Shown here piece after piece: positions 12,891 through 25,102 of a stretch of 48,558 bases of DNA; position 1 is the first letter of the stretch; every line of letters begins with the position of its first letter. The DNA is from Bigelowiella natans CCMP2755. Taxonomy: Eukaryota > Protista > Cercozoa. The translations under genes were made by a program, and so were the position numbers. The DNA lies in the NCBI GenBank assembly GCA_000320545.1, contig ADNK01001987.1, positions 1 through 48,558 of the forward strand, given 5' to 3'. The notes beneath the pieces were generated by a model. It was not told where the DNA came from. It saw nothing but the letters and a program-made list of their open reading frames with translations, and did not search any database.

Positions 12891-13745
12891 TTAATAATAA
12901 CCGTCGAATGGAGGAATGCCGTACGCATTTTAGGCTAGCCATACTTTAGGCACCCATAGTGCAGCTTTCCTGATAAAATTCTCACCCCTTGCACAGCCTA
13001 TGTCCTATGTGTGCTTAATTACAATTAATCTTGGTAAATGTACGAGCAGACATGATGGTGATCCATTTAGCAGGCAGGCTCCTGCTCATTTTGCTTGCAT
13101 TACTATGCAATGCTGCTTAACCTTAGATGCGATGAATATGCATTATTATTAGCACAGCTCTCGTAATAGTTTGTTTTTAAGCACGATACTAACTAACCCG
13201 CACAGCGCAGTCGATGCATGGTATGACGTATACCGACATTGTATTAATTGCTCGCAATATTATAGGCACATAACTAGTCTGTAGTGTAATGACGCTTATA
13301 TGCGGGCGACTTGCGTGTCCTGACTCCCTTCCAAACGAAATTGGGCTCTGCATGCATCATGTACGTGACAAGAACGCGCTAACAGCATTTGGGTGGTGTA
13401 CCGACATAGACAACATCTACATGCTATCTTGACATACATGTGTAAAATGCGCAATACGTTGCACACATTCTGTCTGCAAGGGTGATGATACATAATCCAT
13501 CTTTGCTTCGGCAAGCAATAGGATGCTTAATATGCTTCATGTATTTGCGTGGGCATCGTTTCGAAGGCAACAGCGGATGTCGAGGACGGGCGTTGTATGT
13601 CTATTTTAATTTTTAAGGGAGATCACGATCGCCATGCATGTCGTCTTTCATGAATCCCTGTAGTAGTACACCTCCAGAAGGCAGACGTTATTTAGTCTTT
13701 TGTCGTAGGGGACTGAATAAGCAACATGCAGTGTGAATGGTAGAC

Positions 13746-14861
13746 TAATCCTGTCGATTTAAGCACGAATACATGTTGAAGTACACAATAAGTAGCCTAC
13801 CAAGCTGTAGGTCTTTTTCACGTTTGATTTCTTGTCCATATGCATGTAGGGAACCGTCTGCATATTAAATATGAGAATATATAAATCACCAGGTGGGGGA
13901 GGAGCAACAAATCAGCTTCTCAAAAACGGCCGGAAAACGACAGTTTCAAGTCATGCCCCGCAACAAAATCTCAGAGAGCTTTATTCTGTTCTTTTCTAGT
14001 AAGCGATCTGTGATATCGAAACGCGAAGGTAACAATCGTGTTGATGGGTGAGCGAGTGCATGAAAATAAAACCTCCGTTGTGAGGTAAAACTCCGTGATC
14101 GTCTCTTGTCGCGGCTCCCATTTCGATGCAACATCGGTGAAGGTCTTACGAAATGCCTCCATATCTTGCAAACCACACACAACGAATAATGTCAGTGATA
14201 CAGCTGGTATCTATAATAATGCTGCTTCCTAGCTCCTTCTTGTTTGTTACTCTCTACTGATAATGGCGTCTCTTTTTATCAACAGGAAAGGAGGCAACTC
14301 CTCCTCCTCCTCCTCCTCCTCCTCCTACCTTTAGGCGGCCGCGTGAACCTACGAGACATTATACGATTATGTGCGGATAAACACAGTAATGTGATGATGA
14401 TGATGAGAGATGTTCCTTCTGAAGGGAAGAGAGAGAGGGCGGGGGAAGGGAGTGTTGAAGAGGCGCCCTCTTTTGAGTTTCAAGGACCTTGCAAATGATG
14501 AGTGCACGATATTCGGAAAATGCGTCGTCTATATGGAGAGATACGGAGGAAGACGGAAATGTTACAAAGAGGACGATCACGATTATATGTTAATAATAAT
14601 ATTAAAATGAAAGCTCCGTTGATCATAACGATGAAGGCAGTGACGATGGTGACGACTGCTCGCAGCAATCGTCACGATGAGCCACAAGTGACCGAAGACT
14701 TCTTTCATGTTCTTAGGAGATAAATGATACATTGTCTCGTCAAAGACAGCTATGGGGAGGGAGAAGTTGGGGTTATTTGTGGTAGGTCGCTCTACCTCGG
14801 GCACATCGCACTTCACTTCATAGTTCCCTATACCACCGAAAGAAAGTCATATGAGAATGTC

Positions 14862-14912
<51 letters not shown>

Positions 14913-16369
14913 TGTGCATGCTTGTACGTGTGTTTGTGCACGTCGCAGACAATCCGTTCGTTGTTTGGTTTCAAAAGGAGTTTGATGAGTTCGCTAGTAT
15001 AGACTCACAGTCTCGAAAGGCGTTCTTGAGATATCCATGTTTGCTGAACATTGTACGTACTTAAGATTTCATTGTTTGCGCATGCTGCCTTTAGGAGCTC
15101 TCGGATCCGAAAGACCTCTTTGCCTAATATCACCACCTTATTACAAAGTACTGAAGTGTTCTTATTTATTATGCTTGGCGGAAGTTCCTCCCACATTTCT
15201 GTATTTAAAGAAGAGGACACAAACCTGGGTTATCTATCATCATTATCGCTGTAGTTCCAGGAAGCTGCCCAATAATCACATACACTAGTTACCGACTCAT
15301 GAGCAAAACGATGAAGTTATGATCGTTGGGAAGGGACCTCAGGCCTCTTGAAAGTGACTTGGATAGGTTTCTTTTCTATATCTTTGTAAACCTTTGATTT
15401 AAAGGAGAACCGTGGTTTCTTAGGAGGAGCACATGCATTTCCATGGGTATGAATTAACTCAATCGATATTGATAATGGTGTGCTGCACAAGCGTACGTAT
15501 GTATCTACATATTAAAGTAGGATGGCCAAGAGCGCATAAAAACGTTTAATGAGCTTAATTTACTGCTATGTGCATCCCCCCCCCCCCCCCCCCCCACCAC
15601 CACGTGCCATAGCGCTCTTTGTACACTATTACTTGATCTACGACTTTTTGCCAAGCTTCCACGTAAGCATCTCGGACCTTCAAATCCTTAGTCAAGGCTA
15701 AACCTTGCCCCACACTTTGTATAAAGCAAGGAAATCGATTCAATGTGATGATGTAGGAGGGGGAGAGTGTTTGTCTTTTTCTTTCGAAGGTCTCAGAAAT
15801 TATCCACCACCCTAGCTTTTCCCGGAACTTACTCGCAAGTGAATTTGCACAGGGACGCAACTGTGCAATGAAGCGCATGATACGGGTATATGTAGAGGCA
15901 ATCATCGTCTGGAACATAATAGTGATATCCCCATGAAAAACATGGGTGATAAATTATTGTTAATGGTGATAATGATGATCATAATCATAGTAATTAGAAG
16001 AATGACAACATAAATGATCAAACACCAGAAGCAATAAATGCAAGCAGTAGACGGCGACGAAGATGTACACTATAGTACGCATTGGTACATCGTTGATGCT
16101 CTTTCTTACTCTAGTCCTTACCTTTCACTGCATCCAGCACATCCTTTCGGAACTGTTCGTACTGGTCTTTCATCTGTATTTTTGTAAAGACAATCCATGA
16201 TCGCGATGAGAAAGGTTGAATTTCATTCTGAAACGAACGCGCCAACCTCCTTGCTGGTAGTCTGCCAGAGAGTGGTTAAAACGATTCCAAAGGCAGGAGG
16301 GGGAGGTTTGTCGGCGCTCGCATTCGCAAGGGCACGTGCCCACTTGTCGCCGCCTTGCTGCTGGGCCAT
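13746..16369 (-). CDS. 2H-phosphoesterase superfamily protein (two HxT/S motifs), about 11 exons
   Basis: Spliced: MAQQQGG..PAFGIVLTTLWQTTSKE|YEQFRKDVLDAVK|DDDCLYIYPYHALHCTVASL (HCT at 15862-15870)..AYVEAWQKVVDQ..|THFPNIVHSSFAR (HSS at 14496-14504)|FTRPPK|DMEAFRKTF..FYLTTE|TVPYMHM. Paired hydrophobic-H-x-[TS]-hydrophobic motifs define the 2H fold. The last exon is uncertain (stop near 13746-13761). Confidence 0.7.
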
Positions 16370-16885
16370 GCTGAGAGTCGTCGTATCGGGCTTTAAAAGG
16401 TTGAGAAGAATCAGGCGACGTCGTCTGGACTTTCAAGGTGTACGATCGTCGGACGTAACATAATCCATGGTTATTTCTCGCATTGTGATTGTTCTAAAAG
16501 CCGCATTTTTCAGCAGCTTTTTCAATGATTTATGCGGCAAATTTTATGGGACAAAACCAGGCAAAACTCATACGATCTGTGCACGTGGTTGAATGAAGCT
16601 GTAGTCTCAGTGGATTTTGAATCTCCGAACGGTCTCCGCCTAACATCTGCAGGTCATCTGTCAAAGGGCAGACGTGAAACGAACCCTCCCTTTTTCGTGT
16701 GTGGCACACTGATGGGGGGGGGATGTGGATCAGTTAGTAGCACACTCCGATGATCCTTTTAGATGTCCTCATTGGAATCACTTCATTCAACGGAGTTCGT
16801 TCATTCCACCATTCAATCAATTCAAGACTGTCAGGCTGCCTAGCTGCGCTGCACGTGAAAACAGGTGCATGAGCACCTCATGCGA

Positions 16886-17040
16886 CAAGGGATTGTTCCA
16901 AGGGTGCAAATGGGTGCAAGCTTGCACCCTGAAGCGCTGACATTTACATCCTCGCGCGAACAATTTTCTGCATTTTGCTTTGATTTCATTTGTTCTTGCA
17001 CCCCGAGCTAGCGAGTCTCCAATTTTTGCACCCTCAAATC
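16886..17040. mobile_element. Possible degenerate non-autonomous DNA element (MITE-like relic) or structured element
   Basis: GGGTGCAA at 16902 and 16912; perfect palindrome GGGTGCAAGCTTGCACCC at 16912-16929; TTGCACCC at 16996 and 17026. No clear TIR/TSD pair. Confidence 0.25.
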
Positions 17041-17574
17041 TCCGCTAGCTAGCTCCAGAGCTAGAATGATCTCTGCACACGACACATGCCAGCATGCACA
17101 CAAGTTCCAACATGCACACACGCGCTGCGCTAGTGCGTCTTGTTTCAGGTTGCTAGCGTTGGTCGCATGTAGTCTACACTAGCTAGCTAGCACAGTGCAC
17201 ACCACGACGCACGCTAGAACGCAACATGCACACATGTGATGCACGTGTCGTCAGGCTAGCTGGGATCAAGTGAGTCGATCTGGAAGTTGATTGCCGATCG
17301 CAGCAAGCATCTAGCGCAAATGATGCATAATAAATGCAGGAGATGGACATGGTAAACATGCACTATTGCTGTGTCTATCATGGACGCATGCTGTAACATC
17401 TAGACATCGAGGCTGCAGAATGGCACACTAGCACAGTGGTGTGCATGAACAACAGCGCTGGTCAATGTGAAGGTCTATACAGGCCTGTGCAATGATTGCA
17501 TGTGCAGTCTGCCGCCAGTCTAGCAGTTCTAGAGTGCGCACAGCATGCTGATTGTTCATTGCAGCCGTGGCTTG

Positions 17575-19923
17575 TTAACTGTTACAAACGATCTCTTCGA
17601 ACAGTTCCGCCAATTCTAAGTAAGATCCTTGGCCATTGGACAGAAAAATCGCTCCCATCATTGTCGGTTCATTACTAGCACTGCTACTATCCTTTTGACC
17701 TCCTACATTTTTGTCTCCACCATTTTTTTGGCCGCTGGTAGTTATTCCCTTACCTCTAGGCCAGATATATATGTGAGAGCGCACCCCAGGCATAAATCCA
17801 CCGTGGCTCCAAACCTGCATCACAACGACCATGACAGCAGTGATGCGTGTAGGCTGCGACTTTAAAATGATGATGATGATATTGGTCATACGAATGGAGA
17901 AGTGGGATGGCGATAGCAAAAGCAATAACAAAGTTAGCATACAGAAAGTAAAAAGATTTGATGTGCAATCATGAAGATCACTACGAAGACACGGATGAAA
18001 TGTCTATCTATCGGTATCAAAGGAATGAATTATCCTCATGTCTTTAAGATTTACAGCAAACAATCATTTTGAAATATTCGGCGGTGTATGTAGCAGTGAC
18101 AACGTTATCAAAAATATTTAAGACGTTAACATACTTATGCAGAGGAGGTAGATAATTATGAAAGGATGGATGTAAGTACTTACCCCTCCCCTTTTGTCGC
18201 CATACCACGCATCTTTACCCCACCAGGCAAGACCATTCGTAAATCCGTCAGGCATCATTTCATCGATATCAGCCGTTGTTAAACCCAACTTCTCACGGCC
18301 GGTTTCCGCTGCCATCGCGAGAATAAATTTTGCCAAATCACTCGCTGTGGAGCGTAGGCCTGCGGCCGGAAACTCCGCCACGCCGTAGTGACCTTCTATT
18401 CATTAATGACGACGATATATTGTGAGAAGATTTCCGTGATAAATGAAATGCTGAGCGGAGAAAATAAGAAATGATGGTAAAACCGACTGGTTGTCCTCAT
18501 CATCACTTCTCGTGAGCACACCACTATTGGATGATTGGACTCGCCTCTAACCGCTTTGAAGATAAATCACGTGTTTTAAAAAACAAAAGATGTTTCATGC
18601 TAGCATTATTTTCCGAAATTCTAAATCGATAACGCACTAAAACATATCTGGACGCACTAAAATGGATCATCAAGTCCAAGCAAACACCTTTTCCCACGGA
18701 AGATTTGGTTGTTGGCACAGCTAACATACGACCCTGCGATAACGGTGGCGGAGAATTTTTGCTTGTTGTTGCACGATCTAGAAGCACACAAAAAAATACT
18801 CGGTAGAGTCCTACGATGTGGCGAAATTGATGCGTAATGACGTGTTTATTTACGAAAAAGGAATGGTAATTTCGCGACGACACCACTCACGATTCATGAC
18901 CGGTCACAACCTTTGATAATAACCCTCATCATCACCATAGCTATCATCATCACGTGTCTCCACAAAGTTAGCTTACTTTCGTTGAAGTTGATACTTTTTG
19001 GTCTTGCCGTGCCCCCCTTGCCAGCAACTTTTGTTTTATCGTCAGACTTCCCGTCTTTGTCAACCTTCTCTGCTTCAGAGAGGTGGTAGAAGGTATTCAC
19101 CATACCTATGGGTTTAAAGATCCTTTCTCGTGCTAGATCATGGAGTTCAGTCTTGGTTGCGCATTCCAATACATGCCCGAGTAGCGTCATTCCAGCATTC
19201 GAGTAATGGTACTTTGCCGAACCAGGTGGTTCTTTGGACCATTTAACGTCGTTGTCGTGCTTGTGTTCATGCGAGAGTCGCCATTTGACGTATCTATCCA
19301 GCGCAATTGGGCTGTCGCGCCCCTCAGACCTCCACCTACAGCCCTTGAGCAGCGCGGACTCGTCGTCATTCAACCCACTCTTGTGGGTCAATAGGTGTCT
19401 GAAATGGGATTCAAGTAAAACTGCTTCTTAGGAGAATGAGTACAAGAAATAATAGTCTAAACCCTCCTACCCGAAAGTACAATTGAGTATTGATTATTTT
19501 ACGTTCTACCTGATGGTAATTGGTACATTGCGATGGCTTGGATGTATTACTGGCAGCGGAATGTAGTCATTTATGCTCGCGTCGAGAGACTTTAGCTCTC
19601 CCCTTCTTTGGCACTGGAGAGCTAGAACAGCGAGGAATGGTTTCGAGATAGACGCGACCATGAACACAGTGTCCGCCGTAGCTGTCGCGATGATGACGGA
19701 AGGTATATCAAAATTGCAACCATTTGGAAGGAATAACTAACGACGAGGCGAATACACACATTTCCGTACCATCTGAATCTCCAACCTTTCCCTCAGCGTG
19801 TTCGAGGACAATTTCCCCTCCTTGCACAAATGCTGCTGAGCAGGCTGGAAACTCTCCTTTGGAACAGTAACCCGCCATAAGCTTGCGTATCGCAGCAAAC
19901 GGGCCTGGGTTTGGATTCCGCAT
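17575..19923 (-). CDS. Beta-lactamase family (class C/AmpC-like) serine hydrolase
   Basis: TADTVFMVASISKPF (SxxK at 19641-19652), ITIR|HLLTHKSGL, PPGSAKYHYSNAG (YxN), IFKPIGM, FPAAGLRSTASDLAKF, WSHGGFMPG (HxG), GAIFLSNG. Several GT-AG introns. Confidence 0.9.
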
Positions 19924-20507
19924 CGAAGTACCACGAAATGCGATCGGGTTCAAAAGTGGGGTGACGGCAGGCGGTGGCTGGGTACTTTTTGGTAGTTTCA
20001 CCTGAAGATCTTGGCGACTTTTGGAATGCTATAATACTGTGTCTCAAACGTTAAATCGAGGTCGTTGGAAGTCACATCTCTGTTTTTTTTGTACCGTAAT
20101 CTTGCAGCACAAATAGCTTCCCTCCAATTTTTCTGTCCAACGGTCGAAAATCTTTATGGCTGCAAATGGCTGCCGTTCGACGTGAGAGACAATTCTCAAA
20201 TCCGATCTTAAAAAATTACATGGAAATATGTTGGTCTCACATTCTCAATCTATTTACTGATAACGACATAAAAATATTGTTCATATTCTTCTGAAAGCGC
20301 CAATATTTTACTCCAAAGTTGGTCATTTATTTCAAAATGCATTTTCATTAACATGTATGTTCAAGTGAAAACCGGGATTTGTCGGGTTTTATTCTATATT
20401 CCTAAAATGGAGACGATTTTTAGCCAATAATTGTGGCATCGGAACCCGCCAGCTGAGCTCCTCCCTAGCCCTTCACCCGTGAACTCTTCTCGAGTGCTGT
20501 CTGAGGG

Positions 20508-23500
20508 ATGGAAGACCAAGTGGGGCTATCCCCTGGCGATGGGCTCATTCGAAGACTCCAATTTTCTGACAAGACGCCCAAGCCAACTCCAGCCGTCAAG
20601 ACTGTCCCTCTTACAAATGAGCCTGCACCCCGCAAGATGAAGGTTCTCCTTCGCATCAGGCCGATCGAGAATATGAAGAAAAGTGTAATCGATCTAGTTT
20701 CTGATACGACTGCGAGATTCACGGCTCCTAAGGTAGGACGATTTTGTAGAGCTGTCAATGTTAGCACTAAGCTCCTTTGTGTATTTTAGGAATCGGAGGC
20801 ATTTAAACATGGCAAGAATAGTGTACGTTATGAGTTCACAAAGGTTCTCCCATCGACGTCATCCCAGAAGGAGGTGTACGATACTTCAGCCAAGCATCTC
20901 GTAGGACAGCTTATGGATGGGGAGAATGGTCTCGTTTTTGCATATGGGATCACAAATTCAGGGAAGACGTACACGATCGACGGGGTTCCAACCGAAAGAG
21001 GAATAGTTCATCGTGCACTGCAAGATGTGATAGAGAAGATTGCTGACAGGAAGGAACTCAGTCTCACGATTAGCTACATGGAGATTTACAACGAAAAGAT
21101 TTTCGACCTCCTTGAATATATGGACGACCAGGTCGCTTCTTACAATGAAAATAAAAGGAGATAGTGTGTCAACTTCTACGCACACAGGCACGAGTATTGA
21201 ATGTGATCATTTTACATTATGCTTCATATCATAATTATAATCCCACCGATTGAGAGTGAGGCTCATTTATAAGATGGTTCTTTTACAGCGCAAAGTCACC
21301 AGGAAACCGCTGAAGATACTTCACGATCAATTTAAGGAAGTTTACGTACAAAACTTGAAGCAGGTGAATTTCCTCTTTCTGCATTTTTTGTGTCAATCAC
21401 GAGATTTCTCAAATTTACAGGCCGAAGTGAAGAACCTTAGAGATGCCTTGAACATTATCCAGAAAGGTAATTACAATTTTCACAAGTTTGCTTCTCTCCT
21501 TAATCGCTTTCCTAAAGGCGTTGTCGATATGTTATCATGCTAATGGGAAAGTTAGCAATCACCACCATCTCACATCGTCGGCAGCTTCAATCTGTTAGAT
21601 TTATTAAGATCTATACATCTGACCTTCCTCCACCTTTCACTTGTGCAAAACTGCAGGCGGTAGTTTCCGACAGATGGCACACACCAAAGTCCACATGGAG
21701 TCGGTCTCCAGTAGGAGCCACGTTGTCTTCACCATCACGCTGCACAAGAACAAAAGTCGATATGCGAAATTGTCAATCGTAGATCTTGCAGGGGCTGAGC
21801 GCGTGAATCGTTCGGGATGCACCTCGGGAACTCAGAAGCAGGAGCTTATCAACATCAACAAGAGTCTCATGAACCTTGGGCGCTGCCTAGAGGGGCTTCG
21901 TCACAACCAAACCCATTCGACGTCGCGGCCAATTCCTTTCCGCGACTCGTTGCTGACGTTCCTATTCAAAGATAGCCTTCTCGGAGACGGAGAAACTGTC
22001 ATGATCGCAACCGCCAATCCTCATCCTAACGACTACGATGAGACGGTACATGCGATGAGATACACATCTATTGCAAGTGAAATCAAGATTCTTGCGAAAG
22101 TCAAAACCCACCAGAAGTTAAGAGCCACGCGTCCAAGGATAGCAGCCCTCTCTACTGTAAAGAAAAAACACCAACCTCACGCGTCTCAGGAGAGTATTGC
22201 TTCGCCTGCCTCCGCCAGCTCTCACGAGGGTCTGTGGGAGGTGATAGAGGAGAAGGAAGAGAGAATCACGGAGCTTCTCGACAAGGTGTATCAGCTCAAG
22301 AAGCAGATGGTCAAGATGGAAGCAAAACGAGTTGAATCGGTGCAGAATGCCAGAGAGGAGACCAGCAAGCTGTTTGAAAGGCAAATCGAGGAGATGGAGA
22401 GCGAGCACGAGACGCGAATGGAAGAAGTCAAGAAAAACATCTCCGAACTCTATGAGAGAAAGATGATAATCCGGCAGCGGCAGCATGTCAGAGAGAAGCA
22501 AGAGCTCAGCAGCAGCAGCCACAGCGAAGACCAAACCTTTGAGGAGAAGGTAAAGCAGATCCTTAATTTGGAGTCGGCTCTTCACGACCGTGAACTCAAA
22601 AGCCTCAAAGACAGCCACGACAAAGAAATCAAGCAGCTGCGGGCCGACAAGGCTCAAAGTCAAGCACTGGAGAAGGGTCTCCAGCAACAACTTAAAGAGA
22701 TGCACGAGAGCTATAGTAACCAAGAATTAGAGCAAAAGAGTAAAGTTGCCAAGCTTGAGGGGAAGGTGTCCCTTCTGTCTACCCAGTTGGAGTCGATAAA
22801 ATCATCGCAAAACCAGAAGCAAATGGCAGATAGGGATGCATATCAAACGTCGATCACGGATAAGACCAAGCAAATTAAGAACCTGGAAGCTCAACTACAG
22901 GCTTCAAACGACCAGATTATCCAGATCCGTAGCGAAATAGCCAAGATGGAGGCCGAGCATTTGAGAAAGATCAAGGCCATCGGGAAAATGTCCAAGGATA
23001 AGACAGAAAAAATGGCTAAAGAGTTGAGTAAGAAGGAAGACATCGAGAAAAAGCTAAGGCAGCAACTAGAGGAAGCTCTATCCGTAAGTGAGGAGCAAAC
23101 GAAGAGTAGGAATCTGAAAATTCAAGCACTTACTGCTGAGGTCAAAAAGAGGAAGACAGAGGAAAAAAGGCTGCAGGAACTGGTGAAGGAACAAGAGAAG
23201 AGGCTTGAAGAGGGAGAAAAATCTTTCAAGGCGAAAATCGTTCTCTTGGAGAAAAAGATTGGCGAGGAGGGAGATTTCCAGAAGAAGGCAAAGAATGCTG
23301 AGGAGGAGTTGAAGCACTCGATGGCGGCCGTTGAGGAAAAAGCCAGCAGTTTGGCTGAGGCCGAAGCTCAGATTAAAGCTCTAAAGAAGCAGATTGCCAA
23401 GGAGCAAAAAGCTCACACCAAGCAAAAGAAATCTCATGAAACCGTCCTTAAACGGGCTCAGGAGGAGCTCAAAGCTCTCCAAGATGAGTGCGCCTCATTG

Positions 23501-25102
23501 GAGCAAAAACTCGAGCAAGAGCAAATGAAACTCAAAGCATCTGAAGAATTGGTTAAGGAGACTGAAGCTGAGGTGCAACAATTGAAGGATGCGGCCAAAA
23601 AAAGCCACAAAAGGTCGTAATAAGTAAATCGTCTGTGTTATGATACGCTGCGTTGCATGGATCATACACAAAAACTCTGTAGAAGCACACACGCACGTGC
23701 ACACGCCTGCATATGATGAGTGAAATTTGTCTTAACACATTTGTAAATAAACAATAGGGAGGTAAGCTTTACTGAGCCTAAGAAGCAGTCCGATATGATG
23801 GCCGAGCTGAAGGAGGAAGAGCATGCAGGGGATGGCGACGCCGAACAGGAAGAAGAAGAGCGACAATCCGATAAGAAAGCAACCAGGGCTCGCATTTCTA
23901 AGAAACCAAAGCAAACCAAACGTACAACTCGCCGCTCTCGTCGTACACGTACGCGAGAAGTTCTGCCACAAGTCGAAGGAAATGATAAAGAAGAGCCAGC
24001 AGCTGACAAGGAAGCTGCTGCCGCACAGGAGTCGGTTGGGGAGAGAAGGACAGAAGAAGATGAGGAAACCGAAAAGCAGTCCTCCGAAGAAGCTGAGCCT
24101 GTGAAGAAGCTAAGGCGGGGCCGAAGAGGCAAGCGTAAGGAATCTGACTCTACGGAAGTAGCAGCAGCAAGTGAATCGAAGGTCGAGGAAAAAGAACTAC
24201 CGTCGCAGCAGCAGCAGCGCAGAAGGCGGAGGAAAAAGACAGTGTCGGTCAACGATCTGGACGACGAAAACGTGTTCGAATTTTCTTCCAAGTCGAAACC
24301 AAAACCGCGGCAAAGGCGAAAAACGAGAAGCCGAAACGCTCTGCCTGCGGAGGAGACGGCGACTGTGCAAGCGAAAGAAGAGGATCCAACTGAGAATACT
24401 GGCAAAGATTCTTATGATGTCGCCCCTGAAGAGAAGCAGGAAGGAAACGACGGAGTTGTGCTTACTAGAAAGCGCGGCAGGGGGAGGCCACGAAAGAAGA
24501 AGACAGAGACGAATATACTTGAGAAGGAGGAGGAGGAGGAAGAGAACGAAGCTCCTAGAAATCCAAATACTACAAATGCGAAACAAAAGCCTCCTAAAAG
24601 GAGAACTCGCGGAAAACGGAAGACTTCCAGCAAAGACAAAGCATTACTTGAACCTTTACCCACCGCATCAAAGCAGCAGCAGCACAAGCGGCATAAGAGT
24701 TCTTCTGAGAACCTAAATGAGCTGGCAGATCAGGAGAACTGCGATGATGGATTTGGAAATGTCGTCCCATCTCGCCCGCTTCTCTCCAAAAATGTCAAGT
24801 CACAGATCTCTCGGGCTAGGAAACGCATGACAAGAAAAAAGGCGCAGAAGTCTGTTGGTGAAGAAGAAGAAGAAGAAGAGATGAAATTGTCCCTTGACAA
24901 GCAAAATCAGACTGTACGTGGAAGACGTCCATTGCGCAAGGTCCCCATTGCATCTGTAGAGGCTAATGCATGGGCGCAAGTGCTTGAACCTCCTGCAGAG
25001 AACATGGAGGAGGAGGAAGAAGAGCAACCACCTACCCCTCCTTCAAGATCGACGAGGTCAAGTCGTCGTCTCAGAACCCGAAAATCAGTCAAATACAATT
25101 AA
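20508..25102 (+). CDS. Kinesin, kinesin-6 (MKLP/KIF20/KIF23)-like: N-terminal motor, long coiled coil, low-complexity charged tail
   Basis: KVLLRIRP; P-loop FAYGITNSGKTYT; SYMEIYNEKIFDLL; SSRSH; IVDLAGAER; NINKSLMNLGRCL; IPFRDSLLT; YDETVHAMRY. Five introns join ORFs 20508, 20874, 21641 and 23795 (the last via AG|gtcgta..aacaatag|G). Confidence 0.93.

Noticed and set aside
15555-15917. Globin-like look of AYVEAWQKVVDQ in ORF 15555..15917
   Set aside because: No other globin helices or proximal His context. The phase-consistent splice gives two 2H motifs instead.
16530-17040. Assignment as snRNA, telomerase RNA, RNase P/MRP or TPP riboswitch
   Set aside because: I did not find the diagnostic motifs (for example the U1/U2/U5/U6 cores or a CTAACCCT template). 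It is kept only as an unexplained candidate.
22118-25098. Long minus-strand ORFs over the kinesin, and likewise plus-strand ORFs at 28201-30198 over insulysin
   Set aside because: Antisense shadows of real coding exons with no independent motifs.
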